Both the position numbers and the translations under genes were made by a program. From an uncultured Thermus sp. (GTDB lineage Bacteria > Deinococcota > Deinococci > Deinococcales > Thermaceae), in contig CAMTVD010000023.1 of assembly GCA_947085095.1 (NCBI GenBank), positions 1 through 12,125 on the forward strand: a stretch of 12,125 nucleotides of DNA, written 5' to 3'. Below, one piece after another: positions 1 to 7,801 of the stretch. How positions within the stretch are numbered: the first letter of the stretch is position 1; every line of letters starts with the position of its first letter. The notes beneath the pieces were generated by a model that had not been told where the DNA came from, did not search any database, and saw only the letters and a list, made by a program, of their open reading frames with translations.

Positions 1-180
1 CTAGTAGGAGGCCTAGAGGGTTACTTCTGGGGTCTGGGCCATCTTCCGCTTTGGACTCGCCCCATCTATATCCTAGGGGGCCTTCTTCTGGCCATCCCCG
101 AAGGGACGACCAGCCTGATGGCTATCCTCCTGGTTCTCCTAGTGAGCGGATGGCTGTGGAGCAAGCGGAGGAAATTATGA
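1..180 (+). CDS. C-terminal fragment of a membrane protein, probably a TRAP transporter fused (4TM/12TM) permease; 5'-truncated by the window edge
   Basis: Not in the ORF track. Frame 1 is open from base 1: LVGGLEGYFWGLGHLPLWTRPIYILGGLLLAIPEGTTSLMAILLVLLVSGWLWSKRRKL*. It is hydrophobic with a basic tail, and the 'LEGY...L..W.R....GGLLL..P' pattern resembles TRAP fused permease C-termini. TGA is at 178-180. Confidence 0.65.
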   Translation, partial: LVGGLEGYFWGLGHLPLWTRPIYILGGLLLAIPEGTTSLMAILLVLLVSGWLWSKRRKL

Positions 181-419
181 TTCCCAAGAAGGTCATCTTT
201 CACCCAGACGGCACCTACAAGCCAGATTGGCGGCGGGAGGAGATCCCGCTTACCGAGGAGGACCTTCAGGCCATGTGGGCGAGGACGGGCGAGGTGCTGG
301 CTAGCATAGAAAGGCAGGAGAGGATGATCCGCCGCTTTTACCGCTTCCTCACTAAGCACTTCGCCCCCAAGGAGGTGCGGGATGGACTTCAGGATAGACG
401 AGGAGACGGCGGCGCTTAG
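177..419 (+). CDS. Hypothetical 80-aa protein (MIPKKVIFHPDG...RRGDGGA)
   Basis: ATG at 177 overlaps the upstream stop (ATGA), with SD GGAGG at 167-171. It is the 3' part of track ORF 51..419 and overlaps the next gene by 38 nt. No recognised family. Confidence 0.6.
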   Translation: MIPKKVIFHPDGTYKPDWRREEIPLTEEDLQAMWARTGEVLASIERQERMIRRFYRFLTKHFAPKEVRDGLQDRRGDGGA

Positions 420-1542
420 GGAGCGGGTGCGGGCCTTTGTAGAGGAGGCCGTCATCCCCCGCGAAGAGGAGGTGGCCCGGGACCTCGGGCGCATGGAGAG
501 GGTCCTGCGGGAGCTCCAGAGGGAGGCCAAGGCCAGGGGGCTCTTCCTGCCCCACATGCCCAAGGAGCTGGGCGGGCTCGGGCTCTCCTGGCGGCAGCTG
601 GCCGTGATCCTGGAGGAGGCGGGGCGGAGCCTCCTGGGTCCCCGGGCCCTCAACGCTGCCGCCCCGGACGAGGGCAACATGCACCTCCTCCACCGGGTGG
701 CCAACGAGGCCCAGAAGCGCCGCTACCTCTACCCCCTCCTCTCCGGGGAGGTGCGCAGCGGCTTTGCCATGACCGAGCCCATGGGAGCGGGAGCAGATCC
801 GAATCTCCTTAAGGCCACAGCCCGGCGCAAGGGGAGGGGCTTTGTGCTGGAAGGGCGGAAGTGGTACACCACCGGGGCCGAGGGGGCCGCCTTCTTCATC
901 GTCCTGGCCCGGGCGGAAGAGGGCCCCACCATGTTTCTGGTGGACCGGGATCACCCAGGCCTGAAGCTGGTCCGCACCATCCCCACCATGGACCACTGGA
1001 GCCCCGGTGGCCACGGGGAGATCCTCCTGGAAGGGTGCGAGGTAGGGGAGGAGGCGGTCTTGGGAGAGCCGGGCAAGGGCTTCCACTACGCCGAGCTCCG
1101 CCTCGACCCGGCCCGTCTCACCCACTGCATGCGCTGGTTAGGCGTGGGGGTGCGGGCCACGGAGCTGGCCCAGGCGTACGCCTTGAGGCGGGAATCTTTC
1201 GGAAAGAAGCTGGCGGAGCACCAGGGGGTGCAGTTCATGATCGCCGACAGCCACATGGAGCTGCACGCAGCCCGCCTCATGATCTGGCACGCCGCCTGGA
1301 AGCTGGACCGCGGGGATAGGATCCGCCACGAGGCCTCCATGGCCAAGGTCTTCGTGGCGGAGGCCGTGGGCCGGGCCGTGGACCGAGCGGTCCAGATCAC
1401 CGGCGGCCTGGGCATCAGCGAGGACATCCCCCTGTCCATCTTCTACCGCGAGGTCCGCCCCTTCCGCATCTACGACGGCCCCAGCGAGGTCCACCGGGCC
1501 AGCATCGGCAAGCGGGCCCTGTACAAGGGGCTAAGGCCATGA
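382..1542 (+). CDS. Acyl-CoA dehydrogenase family protein, ACAD10/ACAD11- or LvaC-like subgroup
   Basis: 386 aa with SD AAGGAGGT upstream. General ACAD motifs are FAMTEP..AGAD, GRKWYTTG and R..FGKKLAEHQGVQF.IAD. Subgroup-type motifs are APDEGNM, RLTHCMR and RIYDGPSEVH (Asp where classical ACADs have YEG). Confidence 0.95.
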   Translation: MDFRIDEETAALRERVRAFVEEAVIPREEEVARDLGRMERVLRELQREAKARGLFLPHMPKELGGLGLSWRQLAVILEEAGRSLLGPRALNAAAPDEGNMHLLHRVANEAQKRRYLYPLLSGEVRSGFAMTEPMGAGADPNLLKATARRKGRGFVLEGRKWYTTGAEGAAFFIVLARAEEGPTMFLVDRDHPGLKLVRTIPTMDHWSPGGHGEILLEGCEVGEEAVLGEPGKGFHYAELRLDPARLTHCMRWLGVGVRATELAQAYALRRESFGKKLAEHQGVQFMIADSHMELHAARLMIWHAAWKLDRGDRIRHEASMAKVFVAEAVGRAVDRAVQITGGLGISEDIPLSIFYREVRPFRIYDGPSEVHRASIGKRALYKGLRP

Positions 1543-2516
1543 GAGAAACGCTGGAGGCCGCCCTCAGGGAGCTCTTCGGACCGGGGGAGATTCTCGCCCT
1601 GAGGCGCCTTCCCGGCGGGGCCTCTAAGGAGGCCTGGGCCTTGGACTACCGCGTGGGGGAAGCGGTCCTGCCCCTGTTCCTCCGGCGGGCAGGAGGGGGA
1701 GTGATCTACTCGGGAACCCTGCCCCTGGCCCAGGAGTTCCACCTCCTGCAGGTGGCCCACGCCCACGGGGTGAGGGTGCCCAAGCCCCTGCACTACTTCC
1801 CCAGCCTGGAGGGCCGAGAGGCCTTCCTGATGGAGAGGCTGGAAGGGGAGTCCATCGGGGCCCGCATCGTCCGCCGGCCCGAGTACGCCGGGGTACGGGA
1901 GCGCCTCCCCGAGGCCATGGCCCGGGAGCTGGCCGCCATCCACAGCATCCCCCTTGCCGAGGTGGGCTTCCTTCCTCCCGCCGCCCAGCCCCCCTGGCAA
2001 GAAGCCATCGCCACCGCGTACCGCGACCTGGACGCCCTGGACGAACCCCATCCCGCCCTGGAGTGGGGGCTCCGCTGGCTCTCGCAAAACCCCCCGCCCC
2101 CTCGGCCCCCTGTGCTGGTGCACGGAGACTTCCGCATCGGCAACCTCCTCATCACCCCAGAGGAGCTCGTGGCCGTCCTGGACTGGGAGTTTGCCCACGT
2201 CGGCGATCCCCGCGAGGACCTCGCCTGGCCTCTGGTGCGGGCCTGGCGCTTCGGCGAGGACGCCAAGCGCCTGGGAGGGGTGGGGCACCTGGAACCCTTC
2301 CTTGCGGGGTACAACGCCCTCACGGGAAGGGAGGTCGTCCCGGAGGAGTTATTCTGGTGGGAGGTGCTGGGTAACATCCGCTGGGGCCTGGGGGCCCTCA
2401 AGCAGGCCAGGCGCCACCTGAAGGGGGAGGAGCGCAGTGTAGAGCTGGCCGTCCTGGGAAGGCTGGCCGCGGAGATGGAGTACGAGATCCTGGACCTCCT
2501 GGAACGCCATGGATAG
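1539..2516 (+). CDS. Aminoglycoside-phosphotransferase (APH)/choline-kinase-fold phosphotransferase, similar to LvaA or the ACAD10/11 kinase domain
   Basis: 325 aa with GGASKEAW glycine loop, catalytic HGDFRIGN, and DWEFAHVGDPREDLAW. ATGA overlap with the dehydrogenase gene. Confidence 0.93.
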   Translation: MRETLEAALRELFGPGEILALRRLPGGASKEAWALDYRVGEAVLPLFLRRAGGGVIYSGTLPLAQEFHLLQVAHAHGVRVPKPLHYFPSLEGREAFLMERLEGESIGARIVRRPEYAGVRERLPEAMARELAAIHSIPLAEVGFLPPAAQPPWQEAIATAYRDLDALDEPHPALEWGLRWLSQNPPPPRPPVLVHGDFRIGNLLITPEELVAVLDWEFAHVGDPREDLAWPLVRAWRFGEDAKRLGGVGHLEPFLAGYNALTGREVVPEELFWWEVLGNIRWGLGALKQARRHLKGEERSVELAVLGRLAAEMEYEILDLLERHG

Positions 2517-2859
2517 GCCCCGCCTCGAGGAACTCCTGGAAGCCGTGGGAGAATTCCTGGAAAGGGATTTCCTGCCCACGGTGGGCGATCCCAGGCTCCG
2601 CTTCCAGCTCCTGGTGGCCCTAAACGCCCTCGGCATCGCCCGGAGAGAACTGGCCCTGGGCGAGGCCCTGCGGCAGGAAGAGGCGGCGGAGCTGGAGGCC
2701 CTCCTGGGCCATGGGGGGGAACGGGAGGTCCTCCTAAGGGAGCTAGCCCAAAGGATCCGCCAGGGCCAGGCTCCCGAGGGCACCCTAGCCTTCCTCAAGG
2801 TCCATGTGAGGCGGAAACTCTTGGTGGCCAACCCCAAGTACCTGGAGCGCTACCCATGA
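2509..2859 (+). CDS. Small helical protein, DUF6285/LvaB-like phosphotransferase partner
   Basis: 116 aa, with N-terminal MDRP..EELLEAV.EFL, central RFQ..VA.NAL.I..REL and C-terminal KL.VANPKY. It lies directly after the APH gene with an 8-nt overlap. Confidence 0.75.
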   Translation: MDRPRLEELLEAVGEFLERDFLPTVGDPRLRFQLLVALNALGIARRELALGEALRQEEAAELEALLGHGGEREVLLRELAQRIRQGQAPEGTLAFLKVHVRRKLLVANPKYLERYP

Positions 2860-3500
2860 GGCGGCGCCTCCTCCTCCTGCGCCACGGGGAAGTGGACTAC
2901 TTCCCAGGAGGGCGGCCCGTCCCCCCGGAAGGGGTGGGCCTCACCCCCAAGGGCCGGGCCCAGGCGGAAGCTGTGGGGGAGCTCCTCCGGGAGGTTCCCC
3001 TGGACCGGGCGGTCCACTCCGGGCTCCGCCGAACCCAGGAAACCGCCGAGATCGTCCTCAAAGGCCGCCCCATCCCCTTGGAGGCCTGGCCCGCCTTCCA
3101 GGAAATCCGGCCCGGAAAGCTGAAGCAGCTGGAGGATCCCAAGCGGGCCTTCCTCCAGGCCTTTGCCCCAAGGGACCTCTCGGACCGCTTCCTGGGCGGG
3201 GAGCGCTATGGGGACTTCCTGGACCGGGTCCTCCCCGCCTACACCCGCCTCCTGGCCCAACCCTGGGACACCCTCCTCCTGGTGGCCCACGGCGGCGTGA
3301 TCCGGGCCATCCTCTCCTACGCCCTCACCGGCAAGCCCATCCTTTTGCCCTTCGAGGTCCACCCCTGTGGCCTCTCCGTCCTGGACATGGACGAAGAGAG
3401 GGCCTTCCTTCGCCTCCACAACCTCACCCCCTACGAGCTCCTCTCCCAGGAGCGCAGGACCACCATGGAAGCCCTCTGGGAGGCCTACTATGGGGGATAG
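2856..3500 (+). CDS. Histidine phosphatase (phosphoglycerate mutase-like) family protein
   Basis: 214 aa with LLRHGE (RHG motif), S.LRRTQETA, GGE and VAHGGVIRAIL. ATGA overlap with the previous gene. Confidence 0.93.
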   Translation: MRRRLLLLRHGEVDYFPGGRPVPPEGVGLTPKGRAQAEAVGELLREVPLDRAVHSGLRRTQETAEIVLKGRPIPLEAWPAFQEIRPGKLKQLEDPKRAFLQAFAPRDLSDRFLGGERYGDFLDRVLPAYTRLLAQPWDTLLLVAHGGVIRAILSYALTGKPILLPFEVHPCGLSVLDMDEERAFLRLHNLTPYELLSQERRTTMEALWEAYYGG

Positions 3501-3502
3501 GG

Positions 3503-3575
3503 GTCCTGGGACCGGGGCTCGGGATGATCCCCAACAGGACTATGAACCCCCCACCCCGCTGAGAGAGGGGGCATA
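3503..3575. terminator. Possible bidirectional terminator region between convergent operons (two imperfect hairpins)
   Basis: GTCCTG(3503-3508)/CAGGAC(3535-3540) enclose GGGG/CCCC. TATG..CCCCC/GGGGGCATA spans 3541-3575. There is no clear U-tract. Confidence 0.3.
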
Positions 3576-3585
3576 GGGCACCCCA

Positions 3586-4329
3586 TCAAAGGCCCAGGTA
3601 GGTTTTCTGAAACTGGACATCCCCCAATAGCTCCTGGGCAGGGCCCTGGCGCACCAGCCTGCCGTTGGAGAGGACATAGGCCCGGTCGGCCATAGCCAAG
3701 GCCCGGGCTGCCTCCTGCTCCACCAGGAGCACGGTAACCCCCTCCCCACGAATCCGCTGGATCTGCTCAAAGACCAGAGCCCGAACCTTGGGCGCCAGCC
3801 CGGTGGAGGGCTCGTCAACGGCCAGAAGCTTGGGCCGGGCCATGAGGGCCCGCCCCAAGGCCAGCATCTGCTGCTCCCCCCCAGAAAGGTCTCCAGCCCG
3901 CTGCCACCGCCTCTCGTACAACCTGGGAAAGAGCTCGTAGACGAAGGCCAGCTGCCGCCGCACCTCCCCTTTGGGAAGGAGAAGGCCGCCAGCGAGGAGG
4001 TTTTCCTCAACGGTGAGCTCCCTAAAAGGCCGCCGCCTCTCGGGGCACAAGACCAGGCCCAACCGGGCAATCTGATGGGGCAGAAGATGATCCACCCGCT
4101 GTCCCTGGAAGCGCACCTCCCCCTCGAGGCGGATCTCCCCAGCCTTGGTGCCCCGGTGGAGGTGGGCTTCAAGGCGCACTAGGCCGGATATGGCCCGGAG
4201 AAAGCTGGTCTTCCCCGCCCCGTTGGGACCCACCAGGCAGACGAGTTCCCCTTGGCGCACCTCCAGGTCCACCCCAAAGAGGATCTGAGCCTTGTCGTAG
4301 AGTAGGGAGAGGCCCCGGACCTCAAGCAT
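3586..4329 (-). CDS. LIV/HAAT-family ABC transporter ATP-binding protein (LivF-like)
   Basis: Walker A GPNGAGKT, signature LSGGEQQMLA, Walker B AVDEPSTGLAP, and LLVEQ. Start reassigned to ATG 4329 (MLEVRGLS, 247 aa), preceded by GGGGAGGGGG. Confidence 0.93.
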   Translation of the reverse strand: MLEVRGLSLLYDKAQILFGVDLEVRQGELVCLVGPNGAGKTSFLRAISGLVRLEAHLHRGTKAGEIRLEGEVRFQGQRVDHLLPHQIARLGLVLCPERRRPFRELTVEENLLAGGLLLPKGEVRRQLAFVYELFPRLYERRWQRAGDLSGGEQQMLALGRALMARPKLLAVDEPSTGLAPKVRALVFEQIQRIRGEGVTVLLVEQEAARALAMADRAYVLSNGRLVRQGPAQELLGDVQFQKTYLGL

Positions 4330-5086
4330 GAGCCCCCTCCCCCAGGTAGGCCTCCACGACCCTGGGGTCCCGGAGCACCTCCTCCGGACTCCCCTCTGCC
4401 AAAACCTCCCCAAAGTTCAACACCACCACCCGGTCCGCGATCCGGAAAAGCTCGGAAAGCTTGTGCTCAATGATGACCATGGCGCACCCCTCGCTGTGGA
4501 GGCGACCGAACCGCCCCCCTCTGCGGAGCCTGGCCAAGGATTTGGCCAAGAGTTCCGTTTCCACGGGGGTTAGCCCGGCAAAGGGCTCATCCAGGATCAG
4601 GAGCTCGGGCTCCGTAGCCAAAGCGCGGGCGATCTCCAGGCGCTTAAGCTCCCCCTGGGAAAGCACGGAGGCGGGCTCCTTGGCCTTGTCGGCAATGCCC
4701 ACAAACTCCAAGGCATCCAGGGCCCGGGCCTCGGCCCGCTTCACCCAGTCCCCGCGCCGCCCCCCGCGGGGCCCATAGGCGGCCACCAGGACGTTGGCGA
4801 TGACGGGAAGGCGCTTCAGGGGCCTGGGGTTCTGGAAGGTGGCGGCAAGGCCGAGCCGCACCCTTTCCCACGTGGGCAACCGGGTGATGTCCCGTCCCTG
4901 GAAGCGTACCCTCCCCTCATCGGGCAGGTGGATGCCCAGAAGAACCCGGAGGAGGGTGGTCTTCCCCGCCCCGTTGGGGCCAATGAGGCCCACGATCTCC
5001 CTTGACTTCACCCGGAAGTTCACCCTGTAGAGAGCCTGGAGTCCCCCGAAGCGCTTAGAGATCCCCTCGGCTTCAAGCAGATCCAT
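4322..5086 (-). CDS. LIV/HAAT-family ABC transporter ATP-binding protein (LivG-like)
   Basis: KRFGGLQAL, GPNGAGKTT, TFQ, LSQGELKRLEIARALA, LDEPFAGL, IEH and V.EAYLG. Start reassigned to ATG 5086 (MDLLEAEG, 254 aa) with SD GAGGAGG. Confidence 0.93.
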   Translation of the reverse strand: MDLLEAEGISKRFGGLQALYRVNFRVKSREIVGLIGPNGAGKTTLLRVLLGIHLPDEGRVRFQGRDITRLPTWERVRLGLAATFQNPRPLKRLPVIANVLVAAYGPRGGRRGDWVKRAEARALDALEFVGIADKAKEPASVLSQGELKRLEIARALATEPELLILDEPFAGLTPVETELLAKSLARLRRGGRFGRLHSEGCAMVIIEHKLSELFRIADRVVVLNFGEVLAEGSPEEVLRDPRVVEAYLGEGAHA

Positions 5087-6734
5087 CCTGCACCTCCTCA
5101 CGAAGCTCCCTCCGGGAAACCTTGCCCACGTCCGTCTTGGGGAGCTCCCCCCGGAACTCTATCTCCTTGGGAAGCTTGTAAGGGGCCAGGCGCTCGCTAA
5201 GGAAGGCCAGGAGGTCCTCTTCAGTCACCTTCCCCCGGGCCTCGGGCTCTAGGACCACATAGGCCTTGGGGTAAGCCCCCACCCTGGGATCGGGCACGCC
5301 CACCACGCCCGCTGCTTTGACCAGGGGGTGGGCCCTTAAGGCCTCTTCGATCTCGCGGGGGAAGACCGGCCGCCCCTTGTACTTGATCATGTCCTTAGCC
5401 CGGTCGTAGAAGTGGAAATATCCCTCCTCATCCATGCGCACCAAGTCCCCGGTACGGAAAAAGCGGATTCCTTGGTGCAGGAAAAAGCTCCGTGCGTTCT
5501 CGTCCTCCCGACGCCAATAGCCCCGGGTCACGTTGGGCCCAAAGAGGGCCAGCTCCCCCACCTCCCCCACGGGCACGGGGTCCAGAGTATCCGGGTCTAC
5601 CACCAGGGCCTGGATACCGGGCAGGGGGATGCCGAAGGAACCCCGCTTCACCCGCTCCCTGGGGTTGATATGGCTCACGGAGGTGGTCTCCGTCATGCCA
5701 TAGCCCTCAGCGATCTCCCGGCCCGTCCTCCGGGCAAAGGTCTCAGCCGTGGCCTCGTGCAGGGCGTCCGCTCCGCTCACCACCACCGCAAGCCGCCGCC
5801 AGTCCACCCAGTGGGCCTTAGGATGGTCCCTTAGTACCTCGTAAAGCGAGGGCACGCCGAAAAAGTGGGTAGCCCGGTAGCGGACCATGGCCTCGAGGAT
5901 CCAGTCAGGATCGGGAGTGGAAAAGACGATCAGCCTGGCCCCAGACAGCAACCCCCCGAGGAGGAGAACCACCTGTCCGTAGATGTGGTAGAAGGGCAGA
6001 AAGGCGAGGATGGTGTTCTCGCTCCCAAAGGGGTTTAGGCTTTGGATCATCCGGTGGGCAGCCAGGATGTTGCCATGGGTAATCTCCACGCCCTTGGGTA
6101 GGCCTGTGGTGCCCCCGGTGTAGGGAAGGGCGGCCAGGTCCTCCGCAGAGCGGGAAACGGGAGCCCGCAGGGGCTCGCCCCTAAGCAGGTGGGCGAAGGG
6201 GTAGGTCCCCGCCCCCTGGGGAACAGGCAACCCCCGCACCAGAAGCTGTTGCCAGACGGGTAAGGCCTCCTTGAGGGAGACCACTACCGTGGCCTCCAGC
6301 TCTACCCTTGTCCGGCGCGCCGTTTCAAAGAGGGCGTCTTGGACCACCAGGAACCGCGCCCCAGAATCCCTAAGCTGGTGGGCAAGCTCGTGGGAGGTGT
6401 AGAGGGGGCTCACAGGCACCACCACTCCACCTGCCCACAGTATGCCTAGGTAGGCGATGGCGAACTGGGGGCTGTTGGCCAGGTAAAGGCCCACCCGGTC
6501 CCCGGGCCTCAGGCCCAGGGCCTGAAGCCCCCCGGCAAAGCGCTGGGCGGCCTCGAGGAGCTCCCCGTAACGGTAGGCCCGCCCGTAGTAGAGGATGGCC
6601 ACCGAACGCTCCCACCTCCGGAAGGCCTCCGCTACCCATTCGCCCACGCTCCCCTGACCCGGCTCTACCTGCGAAGGAGTCCCCGGAGGATAGAAGCGGG
6701 TCCAGGGGCGTTCCAGATAAAGGGCCTCGGTCAC
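5073..6734 (-). CDS. Acyl-CoA synthetase / long-chain-fatty-acid--CoA ligase (ANL adenylation family)
   Basis: 553 aa with AMP-binding YTGGTTGLPKG, EGYGMTET, FRTGDL, DRAKDMIK and LPKTDVGKVSRR. GTG start overlaps the livM-like stop. Confidence 0.95.
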   Translation of the reverse strand: MTEALYLERPWTRFYPPGTPSQVEPGQGSVGEWVAEAFRRWERSVAILYYGRAYRYGELLEAAQRFAGGLQALGLRPGDRVGLYLANSPQFAIAYLGILWAGGVVVPVSPLYTSHELAHQLRDSGARFLVVQDALFETARRTRVELEATVVVSLKEALPVWQQLLVRGLPVPQGAGTYPFAHLLRGEPLRAPVSRSAEDLAALPYTGGTTGLPKGVEITHGNILAAHRMIQSLNPFGSENTILAFLPFYHIYGQVVLLLGGLLSGARLIVFSTPDPDWILEAMVRYRATHFFGVPSLYEVLRDHPKAHWVDWRRLAVVVSGADALHEATAETFARRTGREIAEGYGMTETTSVSHINPRERVKRGSFGIPLPGIQALVVDPDTLDPVPVGEVGELALFGPNVTRGYWRREDENARSFFLHQGIRFFRTGDLVRMDEEGYFHFYDRAKDMIKYKGRPVFPREIEEALRAHPLVKAAGVVGVPDPRVGAYPKAYVVLEPEARGKVTEEDLLAFLSERLAPYKLPKEIEFRGELPKTDVGKVSRRELREEVQDGSA

Positions 6735-7801
6735 GCTACCACCTCCTTCTCAGGAAGGCGCAACTCCACCCCACAGGCCCGGCAGCGCCTGCGGGTGAAA
6801 GCGTTGCGCACCTTGCACCTGGGACACGTCTCCTCCAGGCGGTCCAAAACCCCCCGCACCACCCCTTGGGGCAGGAAGCGCATCACCAGCAGGATCAAGA
6901 AAGCGAAGGCCACCATCCGCACCTCCTCAACCACTCGGAGAAACTCCAAAAGGGGGAAGAGGAGGAAGGTGCCCGCCACGGGGCCGTAGATGGTAGCCAG
7001 CCCCCCGAAAACCGACCAGACGATGGGCTGAATGGAGTTGAAGACGGAGAGGCTGTCCGGCCCCACCACCCGCAGGAAGTGGGCGTGGAGACCTCCAGCG
7101 AGGCCAGCGAAGAAGGCGCTGGCCCCAAAGGCCAAAAGCTTGTAGCGCACGGTGTTCACCCCCACCATGCGCACCGCCACCTCACCCTCGCGGATGGCGT
7201 GTAGGAAGAGGCCGATCCGGGATCCGCCAAGCTTCCAGAGAAACAAGGTGGAGAGGAGAAAGGTGAACACCACGATGTAGTACTCCTGCAGGCGGCTCTG
7301 CCCCAGCCGGGGCAGGCCGGAAAGGCCCAGCTCACCCCCCGTGATCTTGGGAAAGACGAAAACGAGGCCCAGGGCGATGATGGGAAAGGCCAGGGTAACG
7401 AGGGAAAGGTAAGGTCCCCGGACCCTTAAGGACGGGAGGCCAACGAAGACTCCCGCCAGCGCAGCCAGAGAAGCCCCCAAGGGCACAGTAAGCCAGGGGG
7501 GAAGGCCCAGCTCCCGCCCTAAGATGGCCGAAACGTACCCGGAAAGACCGAAAAAGAAGGCGTGTCCCAGGCTCACCTGGCCCGTGTAGCCGGAAAGCAG
7601 GTCCCAGCTAGCGGCATAAAGTGCGAAGATGGCCGTGAGGGTTAGGACGCGGAGCCAGTAGGGATCCTGGGTAAAGAGCGGCAAAACCAACAGAAAAAGG
7701 ACGAACAGGAGGGCCACACTCCGCCCGGGCAAGGCCAGAACCTCATGCCTAAGGTAGAGGAAAATCCAGGGTAGGGACCAAACCCGCAAAGGACCGGTCA
7801 T
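6731..7801 (-). CDS. LIV/HAAT-family ABC permease (LivM-like) with a C-terminal four-cysteine zinc-ribbon-like tail
   Basis: SWDLLSGYTGQVSLGHAFFFG, LRVRGPYLSLVTLAF, TGGELGL, S.IG..L.AIRE.E.A...GVN and GG.ATIYGP..G. The tail reads CPRCKVRNAFTRRRCRACG. Confidence 0.93.
   Translation of the reverse strand: MTGPLRVWSLPWIFLYLRHEVLALPGRSVALLFVLFLLVLPLFTQDPYWLRVLTLTAIFALYAASWDLLSGYTGQVSLGHAFFFGLSGYVSAILGRELGLPPWLTVPLGASLAALAGVFVGLPSLRVRGPYLSLVTLAFPIIALGLVFVFPKITGGELGLSGLPRLGQSRLQEYYIVVFTFLLSTLFLWKLGGSRIGLFLHAIREGEVAVRMVGVNTVRYKLLAFGASAFFAGLAGGLHAHFLRVVGPDSLSVFNSIQPIVWSVFGGLATIYGPVAGTFLLFPLLEFLRVVEEVRMVAFAFLILLVMRFLPQGVVRGVLDRLEETCPRCKVRNAFTRRRCRACGVELRLPEKEVVA

Noticed and set aside
51..176. TTG-start extension of the 122-aa ORF
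   Set aside because: It overlaps the frame-1 membrane protein. ATG 177 has a good SD and stop-start coupling.
1539..2516. Aminoglycoside resistance kinase
   Set aside because: Only the APH fold is shared. The context (ACAD, DUF6285-like partner) points to acyl-CoA metabolism.
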